Positions 1-13,019 of a stretch of DNA of 64,000 nt are shown here, piece after piece (position 1 is the first letter of the stretch; each line of letters begins with the position of its first letter). Position numbers and translations under genes: made by a program. The stretch covers positions 433,418 through 497,417 of the forward strand of contig NW_015172015.1 in assembly GCF_001447785.1 (NCBI RefSeq), in the 5' to 3' direction. The notes under the pieces are model-generated. The model was not told the origin of the DNA. It did no database searches and saw only the letters and a program-made list of their open reading frames with translations. Source of the stretch: Gekko japonicus (Eukaryota).

Positions 1-6
1 TGGTAG

Positions 7-3000
7 GATTCTGCTGATCGAGAAGCAAGGCTTCACCATGACCTTTCAGCTGCCAGTGAAAAAAATCTCCTGCTCAGGAATGAGGTAAGAAAACGGCCCT
101 GAACATCCTCCGGTGGTTCTTTTCCTTGAGACTCCCTCTGGGGACTCCCCACAGACTCAAGCCTTGTCCCAGCGAACTGGTGTCATGTCCCAGGAGCCAA
201 CTGTCCTGTACGGATATTGTGCTCGCCTCTGTATCATGGGAGTGGCTTCCACCTAGGTGGATGAACTGGAAAGAAAGTGCAAAGGGCAGCAGGAGCAGCT
301 GTTTCAGGTGAAGGAGACCCTGACCCACACGACGGCCGAGCTGAAGCTGCGGGCTGTACAGGCTGAAGGTGAGCATGAGTAGTCAAAGGTAAGCCAGAGC
401 CTGGATTGCCTAGGGGGAAAAGGAGAGGGTGTCCAAGCTGCTGGAGCTGTATAGGTAGTCTTCCCTGTTTATCCCCAGAGCGCTTGGAGATGGAGAAGAG
501 GAGGTTCAAGCAGAGCCTTGAGGATGCAGAGTCCCTTCGGCTAAAGGAGGTGAGGAGAGGACGGGTGGGACCTCAAGCAGCTGGGGAGGAATGGACCATA
601 CTAGGAAACTGCAATTCAGTTTCTTTTTCATGAGCGTAGAAGAACTGGTAGAAGCAGCGCTGCCTCAGTCTATTTTGATTACCCTCTCCCTCCGCCATCT
701 TTTGATGTGCAATAGTTGTGTTTCCTCTGCCTTCTTATCGGCAGCCTTTTTTCTCTGTTCTGGCATGAAGGGAGTGGTTGTCCCAAGGAAGGCCCTTGGA
801 ATAGCAAAATGCTTGAAGGGAGGTATCTTTGGCAATTTCGCCAACTATGGTCCTCATTTTCCTGCTCCATACTTTCACAATTGCACCCATATGAGACCCT
901 ACTGCTGAAGGGGGGGAGATTGTGTTCCCCCTTGAGGGATTTCCTAATTTATTTATTTATTATTATTTAATTGGTCTGGAGTCCCTGAAACACTGTTGCC
1001 TGAGGCAGCTGCTTGCCCATCCTTCAAATCCAGGCCCCTCTCTTGCATCAGAAGATCAACTCTGTTCCATTGGTATTGTTCTGCTAAATCTTGGGCTTCT
1101 CCCTCTCTCCCTCCCTCTTTCCTCTGCTCCAAGACTGGTGCTTACTCTAAGCAGAGCAGTGTCCTGCCTTCATCTTTTGTTTGAGCTGAGGTGGTTCCCA
1201 TTTGCTGAAGAGAGAGGCAGATTATAGCAGATTGTGTGTGGTTGATGCTGGTCTGGTCTCCTGATCTGAGCTGTTTGGATACAGGTAGCTCAAATGACAC
1301 ATCACTTGGAGGCAATCGAACATTCCCTGCAGGACAGAGTCCAGAGACTGGAAACTATCCGCATAAGGCTTGAGGAGGTGAGTGGAGGAGAATTGTGTGA
1401 ATATGCTTTTTGCAGAACCCTGCTAAAGGTACATGAGATGTCTGGGGCTTCTGAATCTGGCTGCTTAACTTCCCATTGGATCCAGTCATAATCAGAGATG
1501 TACCAAGATAAGAAAATGACCCTACCTTTCCTGTGGGCCCACAGAAGCAAATGGCAGAAGAACCTGCTGAGGGACAGGTAGCACCAGTGGCTGAAGGCTA
1601 GCACTCCACATAGGGTGAATTGTTATGTGCTTGGACTTTAAAGCTTTAACACTTCTTTTTTGTTCTGCTGTCAACAAACCGCTCTGCCTTAGCATTCCAG
1701 ACATGAACTGCTTCCTGCCACAGCTGAACACTCCATTATTTCCCATCCTCCTTTGCTTTGACATCCTCTAGAATGCTACATCCAAATGCAGTCTGTTGAG
1801 TGAAAAAAATTCTTATTCTCTTCTCTGGTACATTCCCTTTTCAAGGCCTAAAGTTGCCATGCCAAGGAGTTGCAGAAGCTCAAGAAGGTAGGTTTGGTGA
1901 TGATCTTCTTGTGTTGTAACCAGGAACTGAGCCAAGTGAAGGCCGCTGCGGTTGTGGAACAGGGCCGGGTTGAGGAGGAGCTCATCAAAGCCAAACACCA
2001 AGCCAGGTTGGAAGAGGTGAGTGTGGCTGGACAGCTCAAAGGGACTGGCTGCCTTGGATTGTGTTACATGTTGCTGTAAGAAACAGAGAGGAGCCACCAG
2101 AAATGGGTAGCATTCTCTCCTGTCTCTCCCTCACTTACCACATGGCACCTCGACTGCATGGCATGCAGTACATTTCTATTGCACCTCTTCCACCAGGGAG
2201 TTCATGGTGGTGTACTTTTTATTCAAACAACCACATGGGCTGAAAGAGAGTGACTGGCCCCACTGATCATGCAGTGAGCAGAGCAAGGATTTGAACTCAG
2301 GACTCCCCCGTCCCAGTCTGACTCTGTAATCACTGCACCACACTGGTTCTTCCCACCCAGACTCGTAGCAAGCAATGATTTGGAGGAGGGTCAAGAATAT
2401 GCAAAATCTAATGGCACTGGGATGTGCCGTTATATTACATTTTATGGGGAAAGGAGGGGATAACTCAACATAGAGCTGATATTTTACTTTTCTCTGCCCT
2501 CCTCCACATCTAAATTAGCAGATCAGTTAAAAATGCAAAACTAAAGATTGTCCAGCATAAAAAAACCAACATGAGGCTTCCACTGTGTTTTCTTTAGTGT
2601 ATAGTCCTGCCTCTGGAGCACAGCAACATTTCTGTTGCAGAATCATGGAACTGTACAGCTGGAAGAGAATTCTGTGTTATGTTAGCTGTCTATCACATTT
2701 TTGCCATGTCCTTTCTCCAAGAAGCATATGGTGTTTTTTCTGACCCCCATTTTGCCATCGTATCAACCCTGTTCGATAGGTTAGGCTGAGAGAGAGAGTG
2801 ACGAATTCAAACAGCCTTCATGGCTGAGTGGGGCTTTGAATCTGACTCTCCCAGGTTATAATCCAGCACAATAACCATTGCAAGACACTGGCTTTGTTAG
2901 CATGTGAAGACTATAACTGTAGCCCCTCAGCCTCTGTTCTGTTTAATGAAACATGGCTATCTGTTTCAGCTTGTTCTCTTAACTCAGATACAGTGTTCCT

Positions 3001-6000
3001 ATAGATTAGTGAAGCTTGTTGTTTGCAAAGGCTTGTTTCAAGTATCATATTGCAGTGTAGCTTGCCTTTTCTCCCCCTTTTCCTCCCATAAAAGTGGGCC
3101 TAAGAGTTGAGCTGTGGTTTGAATTTAAAATGAAAGATTATGCCATAATAACTCTCAAATTTCTTGGCATTCAAGGGAGATATTGCATTACAGTGCATTT
3201 TTATGTTATTCCTGGCTATGCAGGTTGAGCTGCATGTCATAAGAGTATGCTCTAGATTTCACTGTTGTATCTGGGTGCTCAAGGGAAATATTGCATAACC
3301 ACGTTTCTAGACCCCTTTGGGGGATCAAGCTCTAATTTTAACATGGAATGTTCAAAATGCACACACAAGGTCTTTCTAGATTTCCATCTTCAAGGCAGAT
3401 TTTGTACTATCCTTCTCCTTTTGAAAATGGATGCACAGGCTGAGCTGGTAGTTGAACTTGAAACAGAACTGTCTTGTATGCATGTGTCAAATTTCACTCC
3501 AATATCTCAATATTTAAGGGAGATTTATTCATTTTATTTATTTAAAATCCTTGTATTTCTCCTTTCTGGTAAGGCTGAAGACAGCGATCATCAAGAATTA
3601 AAATACACACAGATATGTTTTGGGTTTTTTAAAGTATATAATTCTCTAAATAAATAAACTCAATCTTTTGAACTTAATTTTTTAATTTTTGAAATAACTA
3701 ACACTAAACAACCATATACAAATACAATAATCTTTAGTAGTTGAATATGTTTGCTATCAATCATGAAAACTGACATCATCTGCCGAATTTGTACCAAATG
3801 TCCTTTGGAACAACAAAAGTATACAGGCTCTTCTAAAAGTGAATAGGGTAGAGGTTTTGACACACAGCCCCTGGTATGGCTGTTCCAGCAGCTGAAATCA
3901 CATGATTCCTAACAGAGGTCATTTGGGCAGTTTGCAGTGATTTCAAGTCAGATCTAAGAGGAAGCACAGGTTATAGGCCTCATCCTGTGAAGGGCTTTGA
4001 AGGTAATAACCAGCTTTTTAAATTGAACTCTGCAGCAAATCAGAAGTCAGTACACTGGTTTCAGCACAGATGTAATATGGTCATGTAACCTTGCCCCTGA
4101 CCTAGAAATTTTGGCTTCTGTAGGGAAAATTAACCTGCATCAGCTCTTACCAGGCACAGGAAACCAGACTTAGCATTTAAATGCAATTCTGTTTAGTGTA
4201 CATGTGTTCCTAAAATACAGCCATTATGAAGGATGTCTCATTTCTAAAGCCCAACACTAAGACTGTCACCAAACTTTCTCTGGTGGCTCAAGGATGGGAA
4301 AGGTGGTCCCTCTTCTGTAACACAAGGATGTCCCATAATGTAATTTAAGCAAGGCTTCAAATGTGCCTTTCTTTATCTTCCTGTCACAAACGCCCATGAT
4401 GCTCCTGTTTGTTTGAGAGTGGTTCAAGTATTGTGGGTTTGGGCTGTGTTTTTCCTCTTCGCAATTTATAGCAACAGCAATTGGACCACCTGAAGGAAAA
4501 GCTGCGTCTGATGGCACAGTCCCGCGATGAGGCGCAGAATTACTGCCTGCAGCAGAAACAAGCTGTGGCTGAGGCACTTGGAAAGGAGAGCCAGCTGAGC
4601 GTGCAACTGGAGGGACTCAAGAGACGGATGGAAGAGCTTCAGCAGGTGAGTGGAGAGAGTGGCTTGAAGGGGGGGGTGTATATGGGAAATGTGCATATTC
4701 CACAGCCAGTAAACTCAGCTTGGATGACAGCTTTTCAAATGGATACAATGTCTGCTCATTGCAGTAGTCTAGAAAAAAGTAGTCTAGGCTGCAGCATTTT
4801 GCACTAGCTGTAGCTTCTGGATTTGGGTCAAGGGCAGCCCCATGTAGAGAGCATTACAGTAGTCCAATCTCAAGGTGACCATCGCATGGATCAATGTCAC
4901 CAAGTCATTGCATTTGAGGAAGAGAACCAACTGCCTAATCAGCTGAGGTGCTAAAAGGCTGATTTGGCAGTGGCTGCTACCTGGGCCTCCATTGTTAGTG
5001 AGGCATCCAGGAGCACTCCCAAGCTCCTGACCTTCAGTGCTGGCACCAATGGCGCCCCATCGAAGGTCAGAAGAGGGATCCCTACCCTTGGGCCACCCTG
5101 GCTCAGGCACAGGACCTCCACCTTCGTTGGATTCAATTTCAGTTGGTTCAGTCTGAGCCAACCAGCTACAGCTTGCAACGCCCGGTCGAGATCTTCCGGT
5201 GTAGAGTCAGACTGGCCGCCCAACAACAGATAGAACTGGGTGTCATCTGCATACTGGTGACTTCCCAGCCCATGCCGCCGGGCAATCTGGGCAAGGGGGC
5301 ACATGTAGATGTTAAATAACATTGGGGACAGCACCACCCCTTGGGGCACTCCACAAATCAGTGGGTGCCTTTGGGATAGCTGCTCCCCTAGCGCCACCCT
5401 TTGTCCCCGACCCTGAAGGAAGGAAGCCAGCCATTGCAAGGCAGGCCCCTGGACTCCAGTGTCGGCGAGGCGGTGGTTCAGTAACTGATGGTCAACCATG
5501 TTGAACGCCGCTGACAGGTCCAACAGCAACATCACTGCCAATCCGCCCCGATCCAGATGCCTCTAGAGGTCATCCGTGAGGGCAACCAGTGCCGTCTCCG
5601 TCCTGTGGCCTGAGTGGAAACCGGACTGGAAAAGATCTAGAATGGAAGTGTCATCCAAAAAGCTCTGTAGCTGAATTGCCACAATTATTTTGCCCAAATA
5701 GGGCAGATTGGAGACCAGCTGGTAATTAGCCAATTTGGCCAGATCCAGAGNNNNNNNNNNNNNNNNNNNNNNNNNNNNNNNNNNNNNNNNNNNNNNNNNN
5801 NNNNNNNNNNNNNNNNNNNNNNNNNNNNNNNNNNNNNNNNNNNNNNNNNNNNNNNNNNNNNNNNNNNNNNNNNNNNNNNNNNNNNNNNNNNNNNNNNNNN
5901 NNNNNNNNNNNNNNNNNNNNNNNNNNNNNNNNNNNNNNNNNNNNNNNNNNNNNNNNNNNNNNNNNNNNNNNNNNNNNNNNNNNNNNNNNNNNNNNNNNNN

Positions 6001-9000
6001 NNNNNNNNNNNNNNNNNNNNNNNNNNNNNNNNNNNNNNNNNNNNNNNNNNNNNNNNNNNNNNNNNNNNNNNNNNNNNNNNNNNNNNNNNNNNNNNNNNNN
6101 NNNNNNNNNNNNNNNNNNNNNNNNNNNNNNNNNNNNNNNNNNNNNNNNNNNNNNNNNNNNNNNNNNNNNNNNNNNNNNNNNNNNNNNNNNNNNNNNNNNN
6201 NNNNNNNNNNNNNNNNNNNNNNNNNNNNNNNNNNNNNNNNNNNNNNNNNNNNNNNNNNNNNNNNNNNNNNNNNNNNNNNNNNNNNNNNNNNNNNNNNNNN
6301 NNNNNNNNNNNNNNNNNNNNNNNNNNNNNNNNNNNNNNNNNNNNNNNNNNNNNNNNNNNNNNNNNNNNNNNNNNNNNNNNNNNNNNNNNNNNNNNNNNNN
6401 NNNNNNNNNNNNNNNNNNNNNNNNNNNNNNNNNNNNNNNNNNNNNNNNNNNNNNNNNNNNNNNNNNNNNNNNNNNNNNNNNNNNNNNNNNNNNNNNNNNN
6501 NNNNNNNNNNNNNNNNNNNNNNNNNNNNNNNNNNNNNNNNNNNNNGCCGGTTCTTTTTTCATCAAAAAACCAAAGATAAAGTACAAGCAAAGACAAGTCT
6601 TACCTTACAGTAATTATGTTTTGTTGTCATAATTATTACTTTGTTTGGTTTTTAATATGTTTTTGCTGTTTTGCTGTTTTATTATCTGCAGTATGTGATT
6701 ATTTTTAAAAGGGAATCTTTTTTGTCTTAAATTTTGTACAATAAAATTTGTCCTATATTCATTAAAAAATCCAATAAAAAGGTGTGCAATCCTTTTATTA
6801 TTATTTATTTATTATTATTATTTATTATTCGCATTTTTATCCTGCCCTCCCCGGAGGCTCAGGGAGGCTCTGGGTCACATCTAACTATGGGGCTGGCTAT
6901 AGGGATGGTGGAGGCCAGATAATAATAATATTTAATGAAGTCCTAGTTTTACATTCAAAACGCTAGCTTATCAGTAGGCTGACATTAAATTGTTCAGTAA
7001 TTTGTCAGTTTTTTGTCAGGTTTTTTGTCAGGTTTTTTGGAATTTTGGTCAGTAAAATCAGCATTTTTGACCCTCTGGCTAGTTTCCACCCCTGCTCTCC
7101 CTCTCATCCCTTTTATTCTCACAAGAGCTCTGAAATGTAGGTTAGCCTGAGAGACAGTAATTGATTCAAGCAAAGATTTGAAACTAGTTATCCCCTGTCT
7201 GGGTCCCGCATTCTTAACTGCTACATCGTAACAGCAGCAGTTGGGACAGGGTTCCAGAATTTGTGACATACAATATATGCCCAATTATATATTGCCTCTA
7301 TAATACTAATGTGCACATGGACATGTACCAGTATTATGGCTACAGAAATAGTTTCTGTTCATCAGCTTCCCAATATAATGGTCTGCCGTACTTCTATTTC
7401 ACTGAGCTGTACGTAGCACATACTAACAAAGCTGAAGGAAGTACATCAGCAATTAGGAGATTCCTTCCTTGGTGACAGGGTAGTGTCTATGACAGGTGTT
7501 GTAGCCTTGCCCTGGAGCACTGCGTGTCCAGACTGTAGGCTTCTCTGACTGCTTTGCCCCCTGTACTTGGATGGCAGGAGCTGAGCAGCAAGGAACAGGA
7601 GAAAGTGGCTGAGGTCAACAAGGTGCGAGTGGAGCTGCAGGAGCAGATTGGACACCTGGAAGCTGAGAGGACAGCGCAGGAAGGCCTGCGAGAGAAAATT
7701 TCAGCCCTGGAGCGGCAACTGAAAGGTACTTGGTTAGGAAGGGGATACTTCTGCTTCTCAGAGAGGATAGGAAATAGAATGTCATCATCTAACAGGACCT
7801 TGGAGCCCATAATGATCTGCTGCTCACTTTTCCAAGTGTAGTTATTTGTTTACTTTAGAGCCTGCCTTTCTCACTGAGACTCACGGTGTGCATGCACACG
7901 AAAGCTTATACCGAGAATTAAACTTTGTTGGTTGTAAAGGTGCCACTGGACTCAAACTTGGTGGAGTACACAGTCTAAGGCAACGCAGTCACTTGGCATA
8001 AGACATCCAACAAACAATGCAATAGGACTAGGATTTCAAAAATTAGAAACAGTGCAATGTGTCATAATGCAAAAACTGGAATAAACAAAAGTAGATAAAA
8101 TGCATTAAGAGTAAGGTAATACGTACAGTGAACAGAGGAATATATTAAAATCCTTTCCTTTATAAAAGCACCGTCCATACCACAGCATTATTCCTTTTAT
8201 AGAAATACCCTCCTGAACAATTCTGTTATAGAGTTTGTGGAATTACAGGAGTGGGGGGGGGGGGCTTCCTGAGCAATTTGGCCAGGCCATTCCACAATGT
8301 GGGGAAAGCATGTGTATGGGCAGCTGTCAGAATGGCACCTTCAGAAGGCTTTGCTCAGATGAGTGAAGCTGGCATTGCATGTCAGGAGAGGCGGTCCAGT
8401 TTCTGTCTCCCAACCAGGCTCAGACCAAAGGAGGCAGGGATGGCTGGATACTGGTCTCAACTTAGGAAGAAATGAGAGGGCTGCTTGGAGGACCCCATGT
8501 GGCTGTGTGTGCCCTAGACCAAGATGAGCACTTAGAGAAAAGAAGAACAGAAGTATTGGTGCATGGGGGGGGGGAAGGATATTGTTTTATTCTAGATATG
8601 GGAAAGTGTATTGCTGGAATGGGAATGGTGGTACTGGTAAGAACCTCTGCAGTTCACCATATGTGGACAAATGTTGCATCCAGCCTACAGTGCTGGGAAG
8701 AGGCCTTGACTTCTGTCTGCCCATTACCCAATGTAGGAATCCCACAAGCAGCAGCATGAATCCTGACTTTTCCACTACACCATTCTAGCTTTAGGCTGTG
8801 GTATCATCTCTGCAAATCAACCCTGTTTTCTGCACAAAGTAAAGCCATATGAATGAGTGGTGGTCTGTTACTGCTCCGTAGAACTTATTTTGTTTCAAGA
8901 GCATTTTTCCTGTCTGAACCAGAAAGCTTGAGTCTGCTGTTTTATTTCTCCTCATATAGTGCTGTCCAGTAATCACCGGGAGGCGCTGTTGGACAAAGAC

Positions 9001-9156
9001 AGTGAAATATCAAGCCTGCTGGAGAAGCTGCGAGTTCGAGAGGCAGAGATCTCCAGGATGAGGGAAGAGGAAGCTCAGAGAGCCAGTTTTCTTCAGAATG
9101 CCATTATGACCTATGTTCAGGGCTCCCCCCTGAGTTCTTTTATCCCTAAGAAGTGA
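7..9156 (+). CDS. LRRC45: Leucine-rich repeat-containing protein 45 (centrosome linker coiled-coil protein), last 8 coding exons; 5' part lies upstream of the window
   Basis: Exons with AG/GT ends and consistent phase: 7-84, 257-368, 479-549, 1285-1377, 1924-2016, 4472-4645, 7578-7725, 8960-9156 (TGA). Spliced translation [33 protein letters not shown]...[24 protein letters not shown]...[51 protein letters not shown] matches the recalled LRRC45 C-terminus. Position next to RAC3 fits known synteny. Confidence 0.95.
3900..4100 (-). mobile_element. Old L2 3' ORF remnant
   Basis: Minus strand reads a degenerate HIT.VL...[14 protein letters not shown], as in the other L2 3' ends here. Confidence 0.55.
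4784..5750 (-). mobile_element. L2-clade LINE reverse-transcriptase fragment (relatively young, frameshifted) in an LRRC45 intron
   Basis: [44 protein letters not shown] and [22 protein letters not shown] are typical L2 ORF2 motifs; the element runs into the gap. Confidence 0.9.
5751..6545. other. Assembly gap (795 N)
   Basis: Run of N next to a young LINE. Confidence 1.
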
Positions 9157-10200
9157 GCAATAAGTCTTGAAGGCTCTTGCCCCAACTTCCATAAACAGGA
9201 GTCCAAGAACGAGGATTGTGGGATATCCTGGATTGTGGCTTGTATCATTGAGAGCTCACAACATTGCATTGGATCTTACCTGAGCTTAGGCTGTCATTCC
9301 AGGACTTGAAGTTGTTATAGAAACCATTTTCATGGCCTGTGGCCAAGCCTAGCCTTGTTGAAACCTACAATCCATGGTTTAAGGCCCTAAAACACAGCTG
9401 TTCATTCAAGGTTCTAATCTGTAGCCCATTAGGGAAGGCCTGTTTTAATGAGGTAGGGACAATAATGTCTCTCTCAGCATATTGGGTAGAACTTACACAT
9501 TATCCCCGTGCGATGATTATGCTGTGATTGTTTCTAGAAAAGCTACATCGGAGTAGCAAGTGAAATCTCCACTGTCACAAATCACTGTTACCATGCGGTA
9601 CTTCCTGTGCCACTGGTTCACTTCCATGGCAGTCGTAGATGTCAACCCTGATACATACAACCTGCATGATCACAAGGTGGGGAATGGTTAAGGCGGGAGC
9701 TGCTTGATATAAATCATTATCCTGATTCATAGCCTTTTTAAAGTGCATATATCATTTATGCTCTGTGCCTGGTCATAGCTCTATTGCTGAAGCTTTCTGA
9801 AGTGCAAGTACAGAGAGCAAGCTACTGGCACCAGCATGTGATTTCTTTAGCCTTCGTACTACAGACTGAGTATCCCAAAAGGCACAAAAGGCTTCCTGGC
9901 TTATTGTTATTGAGAACAGTCACCCCTCCCCTCTTTACATGTGACAGAATTTTAATAGGTGGAATGGGAGTTGAGGGACTGGGTTGACTCCTAGGGTTTG
10001 CTGTGCTTCTTCCTTCCTGCAGGAGATGAACTCAGGGATGGGCAAACTTTCTGTTAAATTCTAACTCCAACTTTTAAATCAGGAGGAAAATTAAATGCTT
10101 ATTTCTGCCTAACGTCAAGGGCCAGTTTACATTTAGTCCCTCTGTCTCTCTGTCTCTCTCTCTCTCTCTCTAGTGCTCTTTATACGTTTTGTCATATATA

Positions 10201-10540
10201 AAGGTAAAGGTTCTCTTGCTCGAAAGCCAGTCAAATCCGACTCTAGGGTTGCGGTGCTCATCTCCGTTTCAAAGCCGAAGAGCCAGCGCTGTCCGAAGAT
10301 GTTTCCGTGGTCATGTGGCTGGCATGACTAAACACCAAGGTGCACGGAACGCTGTTACCTTCCCACTGAAGTGGTACCTATTGATCTACTTGCAATTTCT
10401 TGCTTTCGAACTGCTAGGTTGGCAGGAGCTGGAACTAGAGACGGGAGCTCACTCCGTCATGCGGCAACTCGGGTCTTGAACTGCTAAACTACTGACCTTC
10501 CACAGCCTGCAGTTCAGTGTCTTAACCACTTGAGCTGCTT
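10201..10540 (-). mobile_element. Sauria SINE, near full length
   Basis: aaggtaaagg tail (ACCTTT repeats on the minus strand), conserved body gtggtcatgtggctggcatgact...ttaccttccca, tRNA-like head at the right end. Confidence 0.85.
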
Positions 10541-12840
10541 TATATTTCCATGTGACAACGATATATTTTTAGTCATCTTCTATATGAATTAGGAACATAA
10601 ATCGGCAAATGCATATTTTTTTTTGCAGATTTTAATGGGAAACATCTAAAACCCTTCAGCTTTTTTCTCCTGAGTACATTTCAGTTTCATGGAATATGAA
10701 TCTACAATACAGTGGAATTAAAAAAATTTGCCTATGCTGCTCGTATTTGGGGAAATGATTTCTGAGCAATTTTTTTCATGGGGGAGAAATACTTCCTCAG
10801 TTTTTCAGAAATGTGGACTGTTTTGCCCAAAGCAATTCTAACTTGCTTTCCAAAGGAAAACAATTAAAAAAAAATCATTGTCTCAGGCAAGTAAGGATGA
10901 TACCAGAGGCCTGTGACTGGAACTAGCCATAAAAAGGAGCCACGAGAAGGGGCTGGTTGGGGTCATGGTGCTGGAGAAGGGGCAGGGGCTTTAATTTTTC
11001 CCCAATTGGGAAATCTCTGCCACTGCTCCAGCATGCTTATTCTCAATCAGAGAAATGGCGCGACTGCAAGAATAACCAACCCCCCACCTCACCCATGCTA
11101 CAACACCCTTCCACAAGAGTTGATTCTTATCACCAAATTCATCTGGGGTATGTCAGTCTCTCATGTAGTTTGGCCCTCAGCTTAATTGTTTGTAATTAGC
11201 TAACTGGATAAACAAATTTCTGAAACATACTACACAATCCTAAACAAGAGATATACCCTGCTAAACCCATTGGTCTTAGAAGGGTATAGCGCTTCTTAAA
11301 GTAACATCACTAGTAGCCTCCCTAACCCAAGACAGGTTTGCTCTGTGTGCTTTTCTTCCATAGTCTGATTAATGTTTCCCTTACTGTGCCCCTTGCCAAA
11401 GAAATCACCTTCTCTCCAAAGCCTCAAAGTGTCAACAACCTTCTTATGTCAAGCCACCTCATCTTAAAAGTCTAAGAGGATAGGATTCCTACCTTGGTAA
11501 TGATTGACCCAGGTGGTTTCAGGTGGCCCATGCATTCTATGACATTTCATTGTTTGGGGTTTTTTTAATTGGCTTGTAATCCTTTTGATATTTTTAGATA
11601 CATTACTGGTGCCTGATCAAGACTGCATGGATACTTTGTAGTGTATATAGTGTACAGAGAGCTGGTAGGGTGTAGCAGTAAGATTAGAATCTGAGCGGGC
11701 TAGCTTCAGATCTCCATTTTGGTGGCTTTGGACCAGTCCCACTCATTCTCTTTCAGTCTCTCCTATATTAATGCCTTGTTATGATGGGAAGAACCCTGAG
11801 CTTCTTGGAGGAAAGATGAGATAAAATCCATACTTGAGGTGGAATTCCAAATCTTTGCTCCTTTTACATCTTCAGTAATGTGGGGTCCTGCCCACAAGAA
11901 CAGCAGCAAAGTCTGTGGTAGAAACAAGACAGCATTGCTGAGGGCCTAGCAGGATTGTTTGCAAAGACAGTGTGGTGAGGAAAAGGGCAACACTCGGCCA
12001 CAATTCCCTTTGCTCTTTTCAGAGCTTGCTTTAAGTGGTTCTGGAGGGAATTGGAGTGTAGTTCACTCACGCCTGTCTGGAATAATCAGCACCTGGCAGC
12101 CCACTGGCCAGTAGCAAAGACACTTCCTCTTGCGTGCACATACAGGCAGTGCCCCAGGGCCCTCATTTTATCAGAGTATAAAAGATATCCAATCTGGTTG
12201 TTAATGAGATGTGACTGCTTCTATAGGAAGGCAGAAATTTGTTCCCTCTTGGGCTTGTCCTGCATTTTAGGGAGCTAATACTAAAGGGCAGCAAATCAGC
12301 AGATTTGAGGCTTCTGTGATGTGTGTTAGGGAAGCAGGGAATTTTCACACATGACACTTTGAGCCTCTCTTGCACTTTGCACTTGTGTGTGGTTGTACTG
12401 TATGATGAAGGGCAAAAGCTGTTTTTAATCTAAGATACCTTCTACCCAATATGTGCCTTTTGAGTTACTGATGTGGGAAATGTGAAAACTGGATCTATGA
12501 ATCACATGGAAATTCCCTCAGTATTGGTATGCTGGAAACAGAATGGTTTTGAAGTGGATCTGCCTCAAGTGGCTAGGCAAACTTGTCCCTTAAAGCAAGT
12601 GATTAGATCAATAATTCCCTGGAGAAAGGAGTAATATTTCAGACTTCAGCAGAGAAAGATTCTCTGCCAGTGTTAAAGGCTCCATCTTTCGATATATTCA
12701 AGGTTAAGTTGCAAACAGCAATATATTAAATTGTATGCTGTTATTTTGAAGAAAATATTTTATAACTGTACTAATGGTATCAACACAGGTCAGAGTCACT
12801 TCTTTTTCTAAACCAAAGGGATTGTAAAGCTCATTTAATC

Positions 12841-13019
12841 GTTCAGAATAGATAGTTGGTATATGGAACCAGTGAATTGATAAGAAATACACTTACAGGA
12901 ATGCAAAGGGTTGAAGTATATGTGGGTTCTGACACACATGTACTTTCAGCCCTTTGCATTCCTGTAAGTGTATTTCTTATCAATTCACTGGTTCCGTATA
13001 CCAACTATCTATTCTGAAC
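12841..13019. repeat. Long inverted repeat (84/85-bp arms, 10-nt spacer)
   Basis: 12841-12924 is the reverse complement of 12935-13019, with 3 mismatches and one 1-nt indel. Confidence 0.95.

Noticed and set aside
1846-1887. Possible extra LRRC45 micro-exon (AAG|...AAG|gtaggt)
   Set aside because: It would leave a ~36-nt intron before the 1924 exon, too short for splicing, and it has no homology to LRRC45.
5685-6613. Three ~290-300 aa ORFs
   Set aside because: Artefacts of translating the N gap.
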